A stretch of DNA of 63,997 nt, filler included, from Octopus bimaculoides (taxonomy: Eukaryota): NCBI RefSeq assembly GCF_001194135.2. It is 4 parts of 4 records of this genome, joined end to end, with 100 filler letters (N's around TTAATTAATTAA, not from the genome) between each part and the next. Parts side by side here need not be neighbours in the genome. Positions count along the whole stretch, not along the records: positions 49,778 to 56,209 come from NC_069000.1; positions 56,310 to 63,997 come from NC_068999.1; 2 more parts are not named here. One strand, given 5' to 3'. The position numbers and the translations under genes were made by a program. The notes under the pieces were generated by a model that ran no database searches, was not told the origin of the DNA, and saw only the letters and a list, made by a program, of their open reading frames with translations. Shown in pieces: positions 49,778-61,702 of the stretch; the first letter of the stretch is position 1; every line of letters begins with the position of its first letter.

Positions 49778-50250
49778 CTTGACAACCGATGCTGGTGTGT
49801 TTACGTCCCTGTAATATAGCGGTTCTCTTAAAATTTCTGGACTTCATTATTTGAATGCATTGTTAGTCATCGTGACGTTTTTTCGCGCGCTTTGCGATTA
49901 GCTGCAAACGATTATGTTATCGTTAATAAATCACCATCGTCAGGTGTCAAATTATTTAACAGCTAATTTCTAGTGAATTATGATTTATTTCACATGTGCT
50001 GTATCTGTTGGTTTTTGTTTCGCACTTGCCATGAATAAAGATTGTGTGTGTTTGTGGTCGTGACTGTATATATGTGTGCGTATGTATGCCTGTATATGTA
50101 TTAGTGAGCGAGTGGGGAAAGAAAATTTATTGTTATTTTATGGTGTTTACGTAATTATTGATATGTTTAATCAATAAGTCAGCATTTAGCATTGTATTAA
50201 TGTTTACATGCTTGTTTAGCTATGAGACAGCGTTCATATGTCTTTATATA

Positions 50251-50610
50251 CAGTAATGCCTCCATATACGAGTTAACTTGTTTCCGAAGACCATTCGTTA
50301 AGCAGAGCAATAATTTCCCATAGTAACAATGTTATAAATCATAATTCGTTGCCAGAAAAATATTTTACCTATAAGACTTTTAATACTCGTAAATAAATGG
50401 CAATAAAACAACATCAGAATATTTTATATAACGTACAAAGAATGTCAAGAACATTTACATTTTATAAATTTCTCGGTAACACGCAAATGCATTTGCTATG
50501 GTAGAAGAAACTCTTACACTTCGTTCAAAATTAGGATCTTGTGCTTGAGAAATAAAACTCGTAAATCTGGGGTCTCGTAAAGCGGGCCCTCATAAAGTGA
50601 GGTATTGCAG
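50251..50610. mobile_element. Tigger/pogo-type MITE
   Basis: TA|CAGTAATGCCTC ... GAGGTATTGCAG|TA, imperfect TIRs with TA duplication. Confidence 0.65.
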
Positions 50611-51879
50611 TATTAGTTTATGTATAAGTATAATATGTGTGTATGTATGTTTTTTTTTTTTCGTATATGTTTATGTGCATATGCACGTTTGTATATACGC
50701 GGTGCGTTCAAAATGAATCCGCGTCGGCAAAATCTTTTGGATGGGAGATGACACCACCCTTACCGCGCATGTTCGAAAATTTTGGGGTCAATAAAATAAG
50801 TGCCTGTTAAACGCGGGTGGGGCAGGGGGTATCAATGTAAAATGAGTTCTCTTTCCCCTCAAAACTGCTGGCCTTATCCCAAAATTGGCAAGAATTATTA
50901 TTATTATCATTACTGTTCACCGAAGACTGCGTCTATGAATTCGGTTGTACCATATTCCTAGCAACTACATAATGTAATTTCTTCTAAGATTTCTTTATTC
51001 TAACTCTTGAAGGTTATAGTTTCGTTCCCATCTTTCACTTACAATATTTTCTTCGTATTTTCACAGAAAACAAAACTTGGTTTTATACTATGAGTTCTTA
51101 ATTTCACTTAGGTAAATCTAGAAGGAATATACATAGGTTACATATCAGAAATATGTTACAGATAAATACAAAAACAAACAACATAGTCTTCGGTGACATA
51201 AGTTACTAATAGGATTTGTGGCCCTGATTGAGAGCTAGAGATGAATGTATCGACCTCAGTACATATCAAATAGTTTATCGATCCCTTAGAGATAAAAATT
51301 AACCCGAGACGAATTTGAACTCAGTATATATAGAGAAACAAATAAACTTACTACCAGGTAAGTTGTTACAGCTCTGCAGTTTTTAATTGGGTCTTCGTAC
51401 ATTCATTGCGTTGAAAATAAAATAAACAACAGATTTCTGTCATTCTCATTTCGAAATATGACGAGCAATGCAGCCTGGAGGCGTCAGCCGTCTTCACCAA
51501 CCTATATCTTCCAGTTTACTTAAGCTAGGAATGTATGCCGTACCAAACCAATCAATCAATAAACATTATTCTGTAGATATTTCTTCCATCGCAATAGCAA
51601 AGCTCATCCAGTTTCGAACCATCGATTCTTACTAATTGACTGATTGCGTAAAGTAACGAGACCCTTCAATTATTACAAGACCTCAGTCACATTTTTTTTT
51701 TTGTATTAAACATTGATTTCTCTGCCATTATACTGAAAACAATGTTTATATTGGTGGGAAGGGTAGTCGATTGAAATGAGTCTAATCACTAATAATTATT
51801 TTCCTTTATTGAAATGCAAAATTTATTTTAGTCTCATTTGAACCTTTAACGTAAATGGTTTCAAATTTTGGCTCACGGT

Positions 51880-52055
51880 CAGCAATTTAGGTGGAGGGGA
51901 AAGTCGAATACATCAACCTCAGTATTCAGCTGGCATTTATTTTATCGATTCCAAAAGGACGAAGAGCAAAGTCGACCTCGACGGAATTTGAACTCGAACA
52001 AAATGCCGCTAAGCATTTTGCCCGACGTGCTAACGATTCTGCCAGCTCACCACCT
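51880..52055 (-). mobile_element. SINE family C
   Basis: Collinear with 15609-15748. Confidence 0.8.
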
Positions 52056-52800
52056 TTAATACAAATATGATGTTGATTTCTGATATGCAGCGACTTCTTA
52101 GGGTATGAGCACACTGGACAGTTATCAAGGAGGTTCCGCGGGTCTATTGACCAAATGCTCAGCTGTGGCTTACCGTCAATCACCAAACACTGCAGGTCCC
52201 CACCACATTGCTTTGTCCAGGATGACATTAAGGCCGTCCTGCTAACATGAGAATTTTGCTACATGTTTTGGGAAAAGACACAGCTAATTAAATCCATCCC
52301 GATACTTAATGAATCTAGACTGATGATTCATTATATCGACCTCGAAATGACGAGACAAATTTACCTCGAGGAAGATTTCAACGCATAGCAATATTAGAAT
52401 GTGATATTAGTTTCTATTATTAACACAAGGACACGCATTTGAAGAAAAGGAGGTGGGTATTGTCGGTTATGTCGATTCCACAGTATACCCTAGAACTTAT
52501 TTTATCGACCACAGAAGTATGAAAGATAAAATCAGACTTTGCAGTGTTTAAACTGAGATTAGACCATAGAGGGTGGTAACTAAATACCACGAAGTATTTA
52601 GTTCGATGGCCAACTGACATCATCATCACTTTCTCTATTAATACCAATAAAATATTAATACGAAATATAGTTTCCAATTACACTTCAGCTAAAGACTACT
52701 GACAATAAACAGTAACTAAACAGAAACGTTATACGACATAAAATAGCGAAACAATAACAGATCGAATATAATTAACATGAGAAGAGCGTCATAGTATTCT

Positions 52801-53070
52801 GGTTTTACAGCCATGTAAAGCTATGATGAGCGTCACGAATTCACTGGCTTTACAACGTTGTAAAGTTATGATGAGGAATATATTATTACAGGTTTTACAA
52901 CCGTATAAAGCTATGATGGAGGTCATAGCATGACAGGTTTTATGGACTTGTAAAGCTATGATGTCATTACATCACAGGCTTTACAACCTTGTAAAGCTAG
53001 GATGATATTCAGTGCATCACAGGTTTACAAGCCTTCAGAGCTACGATGAGGTTCATAGCATCACAGGCTT
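52801..53070. repeat. 45-bp minisatellite, 6 units, each with internal palindromes
   Basis: Unit starts at 52801, 52846, 52891, 52936, 52977, 53022 and (partial) 53066. Conserved core GG(T/C)TTTACAACCTTGTAAAGCTATGATG. Confidence 0.9.
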
Positions 53071-54651
53071 AAATATTTGTTTGTCCCCTTTCTACTCACA
53101 AAGGAACAAGTTTATTGGAAAAGCGTCAATCGATTGTATTGATCATACTAATTATTTTATCGACTGTGAAGGTAGAAGATTAAATACAAAATCGACTCTG
53201 GGTGGATTTTAAGCTCAGAACACGAAGACACGAAACTAAATATTTAACTTGCAAACATGTTAATTTTTGCACTGGGCCGATGATATAAACGAAACACTGT
53301 AATGCATTTAGCACAGTTCTCCACCGTTCCTACCTGCTTCTATCGCTCTTCCTTTAGGAAATATCTTTTATCCATCCACATTGCTATGACTCTGCAGTAA
53401 CTGCTTGAGAAAGAGCTGTAGAGACAATTCTCTTTTTACATATCAAGAGAATAGCTAGCAGCTACCATATGTTGATAAAATATTCGATAATTGAGTAGTG
53501 CTTACATCAGTAAGCAGTACATGCTGCTTTTTGTGGAAGCTAAAGCCGCTTGAGTGGTGGGTTGGTTGAATAGGTAAAGAGTCAGACAAAAGTTTTGGGG
53601 TATAATTCAGTAGCATCTTTTTACGTTCTAAGTTCCAATCTCACCCCGATCGATTTTCCTTTTCATCATTCAAGATCACTATCATCAATACCTAGGCACT
53701 AGCGTTCAGAGTCCTGAGATCATAGTGCTATTTACTCGGTTCGCTTTCCATAGCGTATAACTGACCACAATCACAACATTTTCCAGTCCGTTGCAGGGTT
53801 ACTCATTTACGTACAGCTGAATGGACTGGAGCAATGTAAAAAGACGTTTTTCGCTCAATAGCGAACACTCTATCCGGTTCAAGAATCGAAACCACGATTT
53901 TGTGATCCTGTGTGCAATACCCTACCTTCGAGGCCACCTATTTTCACTTTCATCCTTCCGGAGTCAATAAAATAATAGACATGTCATGTACTGAAGGGAT
54001 GAAATCGAATGATCTCTTATCCGAAATATGTTCGTTCTTGCTCCGGAGTCAGAAATCATTATTCGCAGTTATCAGGTATGGGTCAAAGGAAGTTAAGTTT
54101 CGCAGACAAGGGCACAGAGAAATGAATAGTTTTATATACCGTCAAAGAAGAAGGAACAGAACAGTCGATTCCGACGAATAGCATTTAGTTCCTCCGTCAA
54201 CTGAATTACAAGTGTGTAAATACTTTTAAATGTACATAATAGCTAACACTTTCTACTGTTAACTTAACATCACTCTACCATCTTATAATCAAACTACTTT
54301 TAAAGCAAACTTCTAATTTTCTTGTTTTCTGAGACATTGTCTAAGACAATACTTTGTGCAAAACCAGCAATATGACACTCTAGTCATAACACCAACTTGA
54401 ACTTCTAACTTGTTGTCTCTGGGTGGGATTTGGAGTCAGCTTGTACAAATACAAAACAAAAGCCAAACATATAATAATAATAAATAATAATAATAATGAT
54501 GATGATGATGATGATAATAATAATAATAACAGCAACAACAACAACAATAATAATAATAATATTTTTGCATGAAATATTTGATTGTTTTATAATACTCCGT
54601 ATTATTTTTTTTATTATTTAATAATTCGTTTTCTTTTGTTTTCATTTCAGT

Positions 54652-55392
54652 ATGGCGGAGAAATACAAAGAGTTTAAAAATGAGGATGACACCGATTATC
54701 TGGTTTACGAAGACGAATTCGAACCGGAAGTAACATCAAGTAGAAATGAAAAATACAGCTTGGACGCCCAGAAAGAAATTGGTTTCAGTTCAATTGAAGA
54801 CAAAGTTAGCAAATACCAGGAGGAACTAAGAAAGACAGATGCTACAGAAGGTCGAAGAGACGTTGTGACTCATGCAGACGACACAAGTGAGAAAGCAGAC
54901 GACACAACAGTCAGGAGAGACGAACAAGAGCTCAGCAATGGCCACAGTTACGGCGTCATGTACTTCAATCATGCCGGCGAGGCAACATTCACAACCGATC
55001 GTGTACGCACCACCCAAGTGGAAGGTACGACGGTGATTAGCACAGCAGACTATGCATCAAATTTTAATCCTTACTCATTCGAGAAACCATTGAAAAAAAA
55101 ATCCATCAAATACATGAAGGCTGTTTCCATAGTGGCCATTTTGATTTTTTTCCCGACTGGTGTGGCAGCTTTTCATTACGCCACAAAAGCAGAACATGCT
55201 TTCGACATTGGAATTGAACGCGGAAACATCGATGAAGCACGAAAGTTTGCCAAGAAGAGTGAAAAATTCATCATATTTTCCTTTTTTATGGCATTTATTA
55301 TCGCAATTATAGTTCTGGCAATCTACGAACGGATTCATCTGAGTCCAAGTGATGTACGCCAGCACAATTATCATCGTCTCATTGCTGGCTAA
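54652..55392 (+). CDS. CD225/dispanin-family (IFITM/PRRT/SynDIG-like) membrane protein, 246 aa, whole ORF in one exon
   Basis: Uninterrupted non-repetitive ORF with an acidic N-terminus, then hydrophobic segment 1 (AVSIVAILIFFPTGVAAFHYA), a loop like the CD225 consensus (ERGNIDEARKFAKKS) and hydrophobic segment 2 (FIIFSFFMAFIIAIIVLAIY). Splice acceptor ttttcatttcag ends at 54650, 1 nt before the ATG. Confidence 0.85.
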   Translation: MAEKYKEFKNEDDTDYLVYEDEFEPEVTSSRNEKYSLDAQKEIGFSSIEDKVSKYQEELRKTDATEGRRDVVTHADDTSEKADDTTVRRDEQELSNGHSYGVMYFNHAGEATFTTDRVRTTQVEGTTVISTADYASNFNPYSFEKPLKKKSIKYMKAVSIVAILIFFPTGVAAFHYATKAEHAFDIGIERGNIDEARKFAKKSEKFIIFSFFMAFIIAIIVLAIYERIHLSPSDVRQHNYHRLIAG

Positions 55393-55393
55393 C

Positions 55394-55399
55394 AATAAA
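55394..55399 (+). promoter_or_regulatory. AATAAA, possible polyadenylation signal just after the dispanin stop codon
   Basis: Exact hexamer 1 nt after TAA, but the background is very AT-rich. Confidence 0.25.
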
Positions 55400-55621
55400 C
55401 CATACCACTAACATCGATAGTAATAACACACGCCAAAACAATAACCAAAAAATCTAATAATGTTATAGTTAATTCTATTTTCTTTCCACTTCTTTGTTTT
55501 GATTTCTTTTTTTAGTCTTTGTTTATTTATAACTACAAATAGATCAAACGAAAGTATATATATAAATATAATCACACACGCACATACATTCATATAAGTT
55601 TACGTACATATATATTTACGC

Positions 55622-55652
<31 letters not shown>

Positions 55653-55956
55653 CGTGTGCGCGCACGTGCATACGTGCGTAGTGTTGATTTAACGAAGATG
55701 ATACCGTATTCAGAATAACTTGCGTTACAGAATTCGATTTCTCCTTATTTAGAATTGTCCCTCAATTCATAATCTGATTAGATCGACCTTGGTTTCATTC
55801 CTCCGATAATAGATCTAATGGGTAACAGTAACGTACTGATTTTGTATGATTGACTATACTTTCTACTCTGACCAAAAAACTGGACATTTGGCTAGTTTGT
55901 GTGTGTGTGTGTATACATATACACACATATAATATTAATACGTATGTATATATAAA

Positions 55957-56002
<46 letters not shown>

Positions 56003-56209
56003 AATCCCAAATTGAGTCCCACCTGCGTAAAATTTCCATTATATAGTTTATTTCAATTTATAATTGATGATATAGAGTAAGACGTATGCTATGGAAGGTC
56101 GATTTCCGGCTTACTGTTTCGATTCCTAACTAAACACGTTTTCCCAACCTAGCTGCTAAGCTTCTTGAGAATTACACAAATGTCCCTAACCCCATAATCT
56201 TCATCATTG

Positions 56210-56309
56210 NNNNNNNNNNNNNNNNNNNNNNNNNNNNNNNNNNNNNNNNNNNNTTAATTAATTAANNNNNNNNNNNNNNNNNNNNNNNNNNNNNNNNNNN
56301 NNNNNNNNN
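56210..56309. other. Artificial scaffold linker (44 N + TTAATTAATTAA + 44 N)
   Basis: Same construct as 25281-25380. Confidence 0.95.
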
Positions 56310-56857
56310 GGGGGGGGGGTCGATATAATCGATTATCTCTCTCCCTCAAATTTCAAACCTTGTGCCTATAGTAGAAAACATCATTATTATTATTATTATT
56401 ATTATTATTACACAGTTCCTCAAGGGCCGATAGTTTGGCGCTTGGCAGGAATCAAAGAGCGATGCGCGAATATTTTTGCGATTAATATTAATAACATATA
56501 TGTCCTGAGTTTCATTCATCATATTCATTGCACCAAACCTATCTCCGCACACACATACATATATATACATATGTGTGTAAATACGTGTGTGTTTTTGTAT
56601 GTCTGTAAATTCTTATTGTCTACTTAATTGTTATGTATGCATGTATTTTATTAACAACAGAAGCATTATTCGTTCAGGAAAACTGCAGAAAGACGCAATA
56701 CTGCAGTATTTGCGCTGAGAAAGAATCGCCGATGAACTTGTGCTAAAAGGCTCGAAACACTCAGTCCTTGCATCACGGTGTAACTTCTGCCCATTAATAA
56801 TAGTAAATATATATGTGTTTATATATAATTATATATATTTATATCTCTGTATTTCAG

Positions 56858-56956
56858 GACACAGAAATTGGCAGCACGATAGACTGCGGAGTGGTAGCCA
56901 CTGATGGAGATAACGGAGACAACATGAGGTTCAGCATATTGCCAGACAAAGACCAT
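56858..56956 (+). CDS. Internal exon encoding part of a cadherin extracellular repeat: DTEIGSTIDCGVVATDGDNGDNMRFSILPDKDH
   Basis: Acceptor tctctgtatttcag|G, donor CAT|gtaagt, 99 nt, phase 0-0. G-x-x-I...V-A-T-D-G-D...FSI fits the cadherin Gt.v..v.AtDaD...Ysi motif. Confidence 0.8.
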
Positions 56957-58660
56957 GTAAGTTTACTTTCATATTACATTCTGTTAGTAAATATATGTCC
57001 AGCACAAAACACTTTCAGTAGTTCTTTGCCACAGGAGCCATTCGAAACCTCTTCACTAGCCTTGATTACTGATCTCTTGGACACAGCACTCGAGGTGTCG
57101 CCACCGTTTGCTGCTCATTAGAAACAACGTAGCCGTAATTTCTCTTCGAACGAATTGGTTTGCAGTTCTGTTAGTATGGAGTGTCAAAACATAGCGAGGA
57201 TTGGAGTGAACTAAAAATGGTGTCTACAAATGTAGTTATTCGATCCGCTTGAAATGATTGCTAAATCTTACTCGAATCACTCGTCACTTACACTCTTACA
57301 AAACGAAGTTTACGTCGCATAATGTAATCCTCGGTACATATTGGCTGAATAAAAGAAAGTAGGATCAAAATCGTAATGTTAAATAACTGGAACGAATTCC
57401 GCCAAACTTTTTCTTCAACGCTACCACGATTCTGACTTAAAAAGTTTAAGGCAATTTTTTCACTTGCGTTATAGTCATGGAGAAAGTGCAGGCTTCTGCC
57501 GCAGTTTTTCCTTTTGATACGAGAATATTGTACTCCGACCAACGGGTCACATCACCTGACATTGGAACCTCTTGGTTGGGTAAGGGTTTAGGCTGCGTAA
57601 CATACTGGAAAAGAGAGAGAGCAAGACAGAGAGAGTGAGTGAGAGGTGGTGGAGAGAAAGATATATCTCCATTATTTGGAGACCCAGTTGAAACAGAACA
57701 TCGAACTTCTGTCCAGAGCTCAAGATTGAGTGTTATTCCAACAAGGCCTCTTCTTTTAGATTTAGGACACTTGGCGATAGCATAAGCAAGAGAGAGAAGT
57801 AGACAGAGATGGAGTGGAGAGAAAGACAAATCTTCATCATTTGGAGAACCACGTTGAAACAGACACCATTGCTTCTCCCCAGGGCCCACAGTAATCGTAG
57901 ATTTAGGCACATCGTTACCGGAATCCTTGCTAAAGAAACACGGGAGATAATGAGAGAGAGTGGGGGGTAGGGAAGGATTGGAAGAAATTAAATAAACAAA
58001 GAAACAAACAAAGAATCGATCTCGGCATTTGATAGATATTATGTTTATTGTTGCCGAGAAGGAAAACTGAAGGCAAAATTGATTCTCGGTGGGATTTGAT
58101 CTCGGTAAAAAATAGTTTAAAATGTTAAAATCACTTGTTTATATTTCCTGACTTAAATACATTGGAGATGATTTCCTCTTTCACTTGGATTTCGAGATAT
58201 ATTTTAGTGATTAGGTTTACTACCTGTGACCTTATTCATGTGTATATATGGGTATATATGGGTATTTTAGGCTTGAGTATTTTTACATATATCTCTATGC
58301 ATCCCTGCGTAGATTCGTATGAGCATATTAAACTGTGTATATGGAATTAATTCTGTCGGCATTTACTTGTGTGTATGTATATACATGTATGTTACTATGT
58401 ATATATACGTGTACTTATACATATATATATATATATATAAAATACTTCAAATTCTAGTTCTATGCGTTCGTGTCTATGCATGTGTATGCATATATTATAG
58501 TAGATATGTATATGTACATGTTTTTCTGCTCAGATACGTGTGGGGTGTATATGCGTAGTTTTCAATTTACCCATATTGCAGAAGATAGTTGTACAAAGAT
58601 GTCGATTCCCAATGTAATAGACTTCAACATAACGATAGGTTGTGTAGCTTTGATAGAAAG

Positions 58661-58693
<33 letters not shown>

Positions 58694-58849
58694 ATTAGAT
58701 CATTTCCAGTGTTATTCCACAGTTCGTTAAATACGCCTGGTATTTGTCCAAAACAGACACTTTAACGAATTAACCCTTTATATATGTATATGGAGGTGAA
58801 AATATATGCGTGGACGTGCCTGTATTATATGTACGCATATGTGTGCGTG

Positions 58850-58880
<31 letters not shown>

Positions 58881-59439
58881 ATGGCCATTACAAAGGTGAT
58901 AATCTTAGCAGTGCTCCAGCATGGCTACAGCCTTTGGGCTGAAACGCATAAAAGAATATATATTTACACACACACACACACACTCATATATATATATATA
59001 TAAAGAGTTGTACGACTGTCCGCCTGCAGTAATGATATCGGACATTGTAGATGTCTGTCTTGAACAATGTTTAATAGTGTTTGTGGATGCATGGATATGT
59101 GTTTGTCATTAAGCTGCAATGGAAAAGAAAAAAACACGCTAGTAGGTAATGAGGTGAGTGATCGGATGTAGTATTGTTTGTCATGTAATTTGGTTTCCGG
59201 TTTGGAGGATATATTTGTACCTCTTCAATTACTAACAAATTACATCAAAAACTACACCAAGTATTTTAACTGCGGTTCATCTCTAACATTTGTACAATGC
59301 TTACAAATTTCAACTTTCTTGTTTTGGGGAGAGTACAGCTGGTTGCATGGACCACAGTATATCACTGGTTAGGCAGGTTTTTGAAACTTGCCTAATGTCT
59401 CCAAGTAATATTCACGTTCTGGATCATGAAGCAACTGTT

Positions 59440-59676
59440 GTTTGTTCCTTCTGGAGCCATGCCTGGCTGATAAAGGGTCGGTTTCCCGATTCCATTGGCG
59501 TATGGGTCCCCCACCTGGATGCGACACCTGTCCGTCGCAGGTGAGCTACTAGATGCAGGAGGAAAGAGTGAGAGAAAGTTGTGGCGTAAGAGTCAGCAGA
59601 AGTTCACTATTACCTTCTGCCGGAGCCGCTTGGAGCTTAGGTGTTTCGCTCATAAACACACACATCGCCCGGTCTG
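59440..59676 (-). mobile_element. 3' part of a further SINE-like repeat
   Basis: Minus strand CACCTGCGACGGACAGGTGTCGCATCCAGGTGGGG...AAGGAACAAACAAC resembles SINE central and tail domains. Confidence 0.4.
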
Positions 59677-59756
59677 ATTAATCACTAGGCCATGTGCCTC
59701 CACCATGGAGCAATTAGTAGTCCTTATTTTAATACGGTGTACATTAAATTATATAT

Positions 59757-60125
59757 AGGCATGGCTATGTGCTAAAAACTTTGTTTGCCAGCCACATGGT
59801 TTGGGGTTCGGTCCCACTGTGTAGCACTTTGGGCAAGCGTCTTCTACTTTCGCCTTAGGTCGACCAAAGCCTTACGTGTGGATTTGGTAGACGGAAACTG
59901 AAAGAAGCCCGTATATATGTGTGTGTTTGTGTTTGTTGCCCCCATCACCGTTTGACAACCGGTGATGATGCGTTTACATCCCCGTAACTTAGCGGTTCGG
60001 TAAAACAGAAAATAGAATAAGTTCTACGCATAAGAAATAAGTTACGGGGTCGATTTATTCAACTAAATCCCTTCAAGCTGGTGCCCCAGCATAGCCGCAG
60101 TCAAATGACTGAAACAAGTAAAAGA
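59757..60125 (+). mobile_element. SINE family A, full length
   Basis: Collinear with 18926-19292, ending ...GACTGAAACAAGTAAAAGA. Confidence 0.85.
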
Positions 60126-60132
60126 ATCTTTT

Positions 60133-60183
<51 letters not shown>

Positions 60184-60266
60184 GGAATGCGTGGGTTACG
60201 TACATAATATTTTCACGATTAAATAAAAAGACAACAAACGGAAAATATGACATATTTATATATATA

Positions 60267-61454
60267 CTAGCAGAAATACCCGGCTTTGCCCGAGTTAAAG
60301 AGAATAATGAAATCTAAAAACGCCGTCTAGACTACGCAACCCTCAACTGTTAGTAGCTACGATACCATATTTCTACATTAATAACTCTCCAATCCATGCC
60401 AGCATGGAACATAGACATTAAGTGGAATGCCAGTCTCTCGTCTAGGAGGGCCTTGAAATCAATGTTACCAACTGGGGACTATGTGTGTCGTAGTGATAAT
60501 AAAAAGACCCAAAGGAGGTCTGCAACGAAATAATTTTACTCAACACTTTGCAAGTGAATCAGTGGAGGCAAAGATGCGTCTCATTTACTTGACAATTTAT
60601 GNNNNNNNNNNNNNNNNNNNNNNNNNNNNNNNNNNNNNNNNNNNNNNNNNNNNNNNNNNNNNNNNNNNNNNNNNNNNNNNNNNNNNNNNNNNNNNNNNNN
60701 NNNNNNNNNNNNNNNNNNNNNNNNNNNNNNNNNNNNNNNNNNNNNNNNNNNNNNNNNNNNNNNNNNNNNNNNNNNNNNNNNNNNNNNNNNNNNNNNNNNN
60801 NNNNNNNNNNNNNNNNNNNNNNNNNNNNNNNNNNNNNNNNNNNNNNNNNNNNNNNNNNNNNNNNNNNNNNNNNNNNNNNNNNNNNNNNNNNNNNNNNNNN
60901 NNNNNNNNNNNNNNNNNNNNNNNNNNNNNNNNNNNNNNNNNNNNNNNNNNNNNNNNNNNNNNNNNNNNNNNNNNNNNNNNNNNNNNNNNNNNNNNNNNNN
61001 NNNNNNNNNNNNNNNNNNNNNNNNNNNNNNNNNNNNNNNNNNNNNNNNNNNNNNNNNNNNNNNNNNNNNNNNNNNNNNNNNNNNNNNNNNNNNNNNNNNN
61101 NNNNNNNNNNNNNNNNNNNNNNNNNNNNNNNNNNNNNNNNNNNNNTACAGTATCGAAATGTGATTGTTTCAGTTAGTAGAATAGTTTCATTTTTAAAGTG
61201 AAAATATTTGACATGAGTGTTTTTGTTTCACTTTTGACACGTAATACTTAAATAGTGGAGGAGATATTATGTTGCTGTAGGCTCGAACTCTGGAAGAAGT
61301 TAAATTTTTTTTTTGACTAAAACACAACTGGAACCCTAAGTAAGGCATGTGTAAAATTTGAATGAAATTGGTTGCGTAGTTCTCGAGTTTTAGGGATTCA
61401 CACAGACAGACAGACAGACAGACAGACACACATTCTCATTTTTATATATATAGA
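60267..61454 (-). mobile_element. Non-autonomous Helitron (contains an N gap)
   Basis: Minus strand begins A|TCTATATATATAAAATGAG, carries (CTGT)n and ends CTCGGGCAAAGCCGGGTATTTCTGCTAG|T. This gives TC...CTAG ends, a subterminal hairpin and an A/T target site. Confidence 0.85.
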
Positions 61455-61552
61455 TAATAAAAAATGTAGGAAATAAACAAACGAACATATACTAAATAAA
61501 CAAGCGAACGGTGATTTCCTGTTTTCTGTTCGCCTGTGTATTTAGTATAGCC

Positions 61553-61702
61553 GCAGGAGTGGTTGTGTGCTAAGCAGCATGCTTACCAACCACATGGTTC
61601 CGAGTTCAGTCCCACTGCGTGGCAGGTGTCTTCTATAGCCTCCGGCCGACAAAAGCCTTGTGAGTAGATTTGGTAGACGGAAACTGAAAGAAGCCTGTCG
61701 TA
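61553..61702 (+). mobile_element. SINE family A, 5' half
   Basis: GCAGGAGTGGTTGTGTGCTAAG...AAGAAGCCTGTCG. Confidence 0.85.

Noticed and set aside
52801-53070. CRISPR-like repeat/spacer appearance
   Set aside because: The linkers are only 13-17 bp and homologous to each other (CATAGCATCACA-like), there are no cas genes and the context is animal. It is a minisatellite.
56727-56765. CCGATGA...AAGGCTC-GAAAC hammerhead-like string
   Set aside because: Core U is replaced and stem II is out of register.
57446-57910. 154-aa minus-strand ORF
   Set aside because: No domain and no splice logic. The region has an internal ~175-bp-spaced duplication, and the plus strand shows faint LINE endonuclease-like words (YSDQRV, YWK), so it is probably a decayed retroelement.
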